Positions 62,254 through 64,000 of a stretch of 64,000 nucleotides of DNA are shown here, one piece after another (the first letter of the stretch is position 1; each line of letters starts with the position of its first letter). This stretch comes from Convolutriloba macropyga (Eukaryota): contig NC_134470.1 in the NCBI RefSeq assembly GCF_964194025.1, forward strand, positions 17,546,001 to 17,610,000, in the 5' to 3' direction. Under the pieces are notes generated by a model. It had not been told where the DNA came from, ran no database searches, and was given only the letters and a program-made list of their open reading frames with translations. The translations under genes and the position numbers were made by a program.

Positions 62254-63057
62254 ATGATTACATGCGAAGATTTAGTGATTGCGGATGGACAAGTTGTGCG
62301 TCAAGTTTTAACCAGTTTTAATGTCTGTCCTCAAATGATGCTGCCCCTGAACAGCTTCGAACAGTTCGAGAGCCGCATGAAATTCGACAAACAGCTTTCA
62401 AAGGCTTATTTTTCGCTAAAAGAACTATATGAGCTTTGTATTGCGTCAGGTTTTAAAATCTTGCCCGACAACTATGGTGGCTATGGCCTCTTCAACAATA
62501 CGGGAAAGGTATTAAAACCTTCATTGCAACCCCTTAGACCTTTTCCTGTGGGCCCAATTGAAACTGTTCCTCTTGAACTGCAAAATGAGATGTCCGATTT
62601 GTCTGTAATGCGTGGCGAGCGTGAGCAGGATGAAGTAGTACTGCTTGGCCCCATTCGTTTTGCAAATCACTCTTGTTCGCCTAATACAAAGTTTTTCTTA
62701 GGATACACAAGTTCTTTTCTCCCCCACAACAAGTGCGTGTTTCTTCAAGTAATAGACTCCATAGGGCTTGGTGAAGAAATAACTGTGAGTTACGGATCAA
62801 ACTACTTCAAAGACGGTAGTCTTAAATGTAGGTGCCCACATAAGGAAAAGCACGTGCCGCTAAACAGAGAAAATTTAGAACCAACGACTCCTCGATTCCA
62901 AAGTCCTGATGTCCCCACTCAGCTGACATTTTCGTCAAGTACCACAAGTGCAATCTTAGGATCTGGTGAGAGTAGTTCCAACTACACTGCAAGTCAGTCT
63001 AGCATTGGTACACCGACTGATTGTGAACTTTCGGCAAAGAGAAAATTTAGAAATTAA
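62254..63057 (+). CDS. SET domain, SUV4-20/Set9-like (H4K20 methyltransferase family); N-terminal part of a probable SET-transposase fusion
   Basis: SGFKILP, SDLSVM, LLGPIRFANHSCSPNTKF and GEEITVSYGSNYF...CRC parallel SUV420H GFEILP / NDFSVM / LGPAAFINHDCRPNCKF / GEEISCYYG..FF...CEC (recalled from memory, not aligned by tool). Confidence 0.85.
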   Translation: MITCEDLVIADGQVVRQVLTSFNVCPQMMLPLNSFEQFESRMKFDKQLSKAYFSLKELYELCIASGFKILPDNYGGYGLFNNTGKVLKPSLQPLRPFPVGPIETVPLELQNEMSDLSVMRGEREQDEVVLLGPIRFANHSCSPNTKFFLGYTSSFLPHNKCVFLQVIDSIGLGEEITVSYGSNYFKDGSLKCRCPHKEKHVPLNRENLEPTTPRFQSPDVPTQLTFSSSTTSAILGSGESSSNYTASQSSIGTPTDCELSAKRKFRN

Positions 63058-64000
63058 CGGAAAAGGCGGGTCAAAAGAAGAATCTTAGAAGGTTCGAGTC
63101 GCGAAATCAGAACCTTCATACACCAGATAGATGCCACTCGCTCTTCGGAAGTTGAAACTGAGGAAACAGATACACAAGTGAGTTCGCAATGTTCTGCTGA
63201 CGATTACCTTGAAACCGAAGCCTCTTTTGAACCCGAACCTGAATTTGACCTCCCAATTGGAGAAGAATCTGAGGTGACCTCCAATGATTATGACGAAGAT
63301 GATCTTGATGACAGTGATGGCACTGATGTGGCAGAAAGAAGTTTCCAGTTTTCTTCGAATCCGTTAACTTGTAACTCGAATGTAACTGTTCATAATGCGT
63401 CAATGGGTTTATTTGCAGTTGCTGCTCGACATTGTCTACCCGACGAAGCTCTGTTCGATTTGCTGAAATGGCAAAAAATTATTCATCCCCATGACAATGT
63501 GCCTACTCACAATTTTATAAAAAATGAAACCAAGAAATTAACGGATCTCTACGTAAAGGACACAGAAAAAAATGCCAGCGGAGAAGTTATTTTTCTTAAC
63601 TTTGCAGAAAAACTAAAGGAGAAAGTAGAAAAGTACATCAACGAAATTATAGATTACGCTAACCCAGAAACCGAAACGGATCTCAAGCTAACAAGTCTTT
63701 TCGATGACGGGACAATCAACGTGAAACTAATTTTAAACATAGATGGAGTTGAAGTTCGAAAGTCGAGTGATTGCTCAGCCTACCCTGTTTGGGTTGCTCT
63801 TGCTGATCTGCCGCCAAAATTAAGAGCTTCATTTGACAACATCTTTCTTTGCTCATTGTGGTACGGAAAAGGAAAAGTTTTCTGGGACCCTATATTTAAA
63901 CACTACAGATCTAAACTTGCGAAACCCCAGAACATTTGTTACAAAGGGAGACTATACGAAATCAGTTTTACAACAATTTTTCTCGTGGTAGACCTTGTGT
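63058..64000 (+). CDS. CACTA/EnSpm-type DDE transposase, N-terminal half, running off the window; same frame as the SET ORF
   Basis: Open frame absent from the ORF track: RKRRVKRR, acidic linker, ARHCLPDEALFDLL, LILNIDGVEVRKSSDCSAYPVWVALADLPPKLRASFDNIFLCSLWYGKGK (first Asp 63742), and VVDL (second Asp 63991). Confidence 0.88.

Larger units (their letters stand above)
50008..64000 (+). mobile_element. Large CACTA/EnSpm (CMC) transposon, left end to transposase; continues beyond the window
   Basis: Left TIR CCCGGGCCGAGG with TACACTC subterminal repeats, the same family as 37191-37489. No matching right TIR seen in the window. CACTA-type transposase at the right edge. The TIR-to-transposase linkage is inferred. 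Confidence 0.7.

Overview
AT-rich, intron-containing eukaryotic DNA, most likely from an invertebrate animal, dominated by mobile elements. (1) 1-~9.9 kb is the right part of a Polinton/Maverick (adintovirus-like) endogenous virus. It encodes a packaging ATPase, a frameshifted integrase, a basic core protein, a double-jelly-roll capsid, an adenain protease and two spliced accessory genes, one SGNH-like. (2) 11601-18456 is a full-length Ty3/Gypsy LTR element with 405-bp LTRs and a CAACT target-site duplication (TSD). (3) 18.5-50 kb is a mosaic of MITEs, a Helentron-type HINE, a BEL/Pao remnant and decayed tandem arrays. It also holds two probable host genes: a secreted peptide precursor and a 3-exon minus-strand gene. 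(4) 50008 to the window end appears to be a >14-kb CACTA/EnSpm (CMC) transposon with a CCCGGG terminus. It carries two nucleosome-length tandem arrays, an SGNH hydrolase and two paralogous spliced BEN-domain genes. Most notably, a SUV4-20-like SET domain lies in the same reading frame as the CACTA DDE transposase, separated only by one TAA. The best candidate for a novel system is this transposon with its own chromatin toolkit (SET-transposase fusion, BEN proteins, internal satellites). All calls come from reading motifs by eye; no database searches were run.
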